This document shows positions 60,830-64,000 of a stretch of DNA of 64,000 nucleotides, one piece after another; position 1 is the first letter of the stretch; every line of letters begins with the position of its first letter. Under the pieces are notes generated by a model. That model did no database searches. It worked only from the letters and a program-made list of their open reading frames with translations, and had not been told where the DNA came from. The stretch lies in contig CDMY01000385.1 in the NCBI GenBank assembly GCA_001179505.1, positions 1 to 64,000 on the forward strand, in the 5' to 3' direction. This DNA is from Vitrella brassicaformis CCMP3155. Its lineage: Eukaryota > Protista > Chromerida. The position numbers were made by a program, and so were the translations under genes.

Positions 60830-63209
60830 TCAGTCGTCGTCTTCATCCTCCAGGCCGGCGTGCCATACCCCCAGACGCGTCGCAGCTGAGCGACACAACC
60901 GACCGAAACACATCACACACGCCCACACATCCATATGCATGCGCGTGTGAGCATGAGCATCTTTCTTCGCACACACGAGACGAGTGTGTGTCACTCACTC
61001 AGTCACCCTCTGACTGACTGACTGACTGACTGGCTCACCCGCTGCGATGAGGGAAACCGCCGGGTTCCAGACGATGCAGGCCGGCACATCTGAAGGCATT
61101 GATTCATTACATGAAGGCCACGCACAGAACAGGGGTGTGGTCTGTGGTTTCCTGCTGTCCTGCCGACTGACTGACTGGGTAGTTGTGCGTGCTACCTTCC
61201 AGCCGTTGCTGCATTGCCCCCAGATAAGGCCCGAAGGTCGGCAGCACGCCGTTGGCCTGGCCGTGGTCGTCGTGGCCATCGGTGGCCATCTCGGCATCAC
61301 CACCATTCTCGCCGTTGTCGTCACCTCTGTCCGTGCCGCCTCCCCGCGACGCATCAAACCAGCGGATACGGCCGTCGGGGTGACCTACACAGATACAAAT
61401 CACACACACGCCACGCACCCTCTATGTATCTCTGTCTGTCTGTCTGCCGAGTGACTCTGGCATGCCTACCTTTCATGAGCACGTAGCCTCCCGCGTCGAA
61501 GCACGGCCGCTGTATCCATGCGTGTGTCCTCTCCGGGCTGCCGGCAGGGACGGAGTCGCTCCGGCTGCCGCGAGAGGGGCTCTTGCTGCGAGTGGTGGAC
61601 GACGGACATCGGGGCACTGTCTCCCTCTCCTCAGGCACCGTGTACTCGACCATTGAGCTCGTCGGCTGGTGGGTCATGCCATGCCATGGACACACAAACA
61701 AGGGTGACTGACGATGGAAAAATGGATTCTGTGTGCATGACATGGTGTGGGTGCGTACGTCTGTTTCGAGCATGTTGATCAGCAGCACACGGTGCCGCGA
61801 TGTCGACACAGCAAGGTCCAGACTCACAGGGGAGAATGTCAGACCCTGCACACACACACACACACACACGCGTCACTCGAGCCGAGGCCACTCCCTTCGA
61901 TCCATCCATTCGTCCGTCCACACCGACCGCCATCTTCTCCCCGTTGTGAAGGTACGGCGACAGGTCGACTTTGTCGACACAGCTGTGGGCCACGCCCATC
62001 CGCCTGAGGTCGTGCAGTTCTAGGCGGTGGTCGCCCGGGTAGCCCGCCGCTATGGGCCCTGCCTCGGGCACCCTGGAGGGGTGGACGGCCACGATGGATG
62101 ACCGGTCCGTCCATGCCAGGTCGCTGCCGCCCTTGTGGATCTTGCCCTGTGTGACCACACACGGAGGAACACACACACAGACACACAAACATGACATGCA
62201 GCTGACGACTCACTAAGTCACTGCGCCGGGCTGTGTGTGTGGGGGTCTGTGAGCATGTGGTGGATGCGCTGCACGCGTCACTTACGACGAGTCTGTCGTT
62301 AGTGTACTTGCCGATGTGGACTTCGCCCGTGACATCCCCCGCAGCGAAGTAGCCGTCTTCGCTGACACTCAAGGACGTGCACCTGACCACACACACGTCC
62401 GTCCGGTCCGACACGGCTGGCTGGGGGGATGGATCGAATGACCTACCTACCAGAACTGGTCCTTATAACCGTTGTCGATCCAGCAGCAGCGGAGGTAACG
62501 ATTCTCCTGGATGTTCCACACACGCACCGAATGAGCCTCTGCGCCAGTCAGTCAGTCAGTCACCCACGCAGGCAAAGCAAACCAACACACCACACCACAC
62601 CACAACACAACACAGCACAACACATCCACCGATAAACAAAAGGCAAGGCGCCCGGCCACCCAAACCAATGGCTGACCCTTTTGTCCCTTCTGTGAGGGTG
62701 TGTGCATGGTTTTGGTGGCCATGATGGTGACCTCCTTCTCCCGCGGGATGAACTGCAGCAGCTGCACCCCGTGCTTCTTGGACTGAAGCGTCTGCGCGCT
62801 GACCATGTCCAATGTCGTGTCGCCATCGTCGTCTTTGCTGATCAATCAATCGACAGCAACCAACAGTCCTCGAACTGTGGGTGGTTGGTGCGTTGGTTGC
62901 TATGGCGCGTGGCAGGCTTGAATGAATGCTTACGTACTTGATCCTGACTTTGTATGTGTGGGCGGTGTCGTCGTCGGAGGAGCTGACGAGCAGCTGGCTG
63001 TCGTGCGGGCACCACGACAGCGAGTTGAGCCGCAAATCGTTGTCCAGGAACTTGCGGTAGAATCGATAGCTGCACAACACAGCACAGGGAGTGAGATAGA
63101 TGCAGATCAATTACACAATGTGTGGTTCACCCTATCTATCTGTGGGTGAATGCTCTTCATCTCACTCTGATGGTCGCGGCGGCTTCTTCTCCAACCCATC
63201 GACGTCCAT
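60830..63209 (-). CDS. WDR82: WD40 protein, WDR82/Swd2 (COMPASS / PNUTS-PP1 subunit) homolog, multi-exon
   Basis: YRFYRKFLDNDLRLNSLSW...LVSSSDDDT (cf. FRVAKVFRENSDKINCFDF...ISSSDDDS), QSKKHGV (SKKYGV), VRVWNIQENRYLR, and C-terminal CIVWNP...LGVW...EDDD*. Confidence 0.8.
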
Positions 63210-63372
63210 TACTCCCTCGCTCGAAGGAAGTTTGCGACCCGAGGGCTTAGGAACAAGCGTCTCGTCAAACCCATAACCGACCGAGGGTGTGGCCGCATTA
63301 AACAGCAGCACAGTCAGATCTGCGCTTCTGCGCACGTGTGTTTGGTAGCGCTTCTTCTCGGCACTGCAAGCG

Positions 63373-64000
63373 ATGAGTGATCTCTCTGACGCCGAAATCG
63401 TCCGCCTCGGCAGCGAGGCATATGTGTTCGGGTGAGTCAGTCAGTATGTGCCTGATCGGATTGTCATGTGTGGTGGGTGGTGGGGAAAGGGGAGGGAAGG
63501 CAATGAATGAACGCCTTGGCGAACGCGTGTGCGCCTCTCTCTCCTCTGCAGGTATCCCCTGGTGCTTATGCAGCTGACCAAGCTCAACCTGAGCAAAGAG
63601 GTACCTGCTGGGCTGGGCTGGGCTGTGTTGTGTTGTGTGAGCGAGGGTGCTGTCACTGCCGTGTCGATGACTGCATGCACGGAAACAAAAACACTGGTGG
63701 TTGCTGTGCTGACTGACGCCTGCGCCCTATCCTATCTGTTTCCTTGCTGCAGCCCAACAAGTTCCACCACATGTTCAAGACGCCTGATCACAACTTCCGC
63801 CAAGTGAGCTGCACACTCAGCAGCCGCCCACGCCACGCACATCGCATGTGTCGACACATGGCGTTCTTGGCCTGTACCCCTTTGTGGTATTTTTCCAGGT
63901 GGTGAAGCCGAACAATGACACGCTCTACTCGACAGCTTTCCTCGACCTCACCGCAGGCCCTGTGGTGGTCTCGGTGCCCGACACGAATGGCAGATACTAC
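63373..64000 (+). CDS. DUF1254 (often DUF1254-DUF1214) family protein, truncated by the window end
   Basis: Four exons splice to SEAYVFG|YPLVLM...|PNKFHH...|[33 protein letters not shown], the typical DUF1254 signature. Confidence 0.85.

Overview
Eukaryotic, intron-rich and gene-dense 64 kb window. The introns are short and packed with (TG)n, (CAGA)n, (CCAT)n and (CCTG)n microsatellites. This style and the gene content suggest a chromerid alveolate such as Vitrella brassicaformis (inference, not verified). I reconstructed about 20 spliced protein-coding genes by hand from GT/GC-AG junctions, so outer coordinates are firmer than internal exon borders. Recognisable genes: mitochondrial ATP synthase beta, TerC/Alx membrane protein, PARG, a KH-domain RNA-binding protein, cytosolic ClpB/Hsp101, a bromodomain protein, a DOT1-like methyltransferase, PCNA, WDR82/Swd2 and a truncated DUF1254 gene. 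The most unusual elements are: (1) a signal-peptide-bearing Sey1/RHD3-like pseudo-GTPase with a foreign C-terminal domain; (2) a putatively mitochondrial basic protein built from five 'D-x-x-L-V-x-W-Y-K' repeats; (3) an 11 kb gene for a giant Cys-rich, GPI-signal protein punctuated by RRLQ motifs and carrying a 166 bp identical internal duplication; (4) a head-to-head pair of paralogous HTH-like/coiled-coil/RING genes whose shared GAGGGG repeat is read as basic RG in one and acidic EG in the other; (5) a DOT1-like gene sharing a 240 bp divergent spacer with PCNA inside a chromatin-gene cluster. Eight gene pairs are divergent with 150-310 bp between start codons. There is one 300-N gap, and I found no rRNA, tRNA, CRISPR array or transposon. 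No database searches were run; family calls come from motif recognition.
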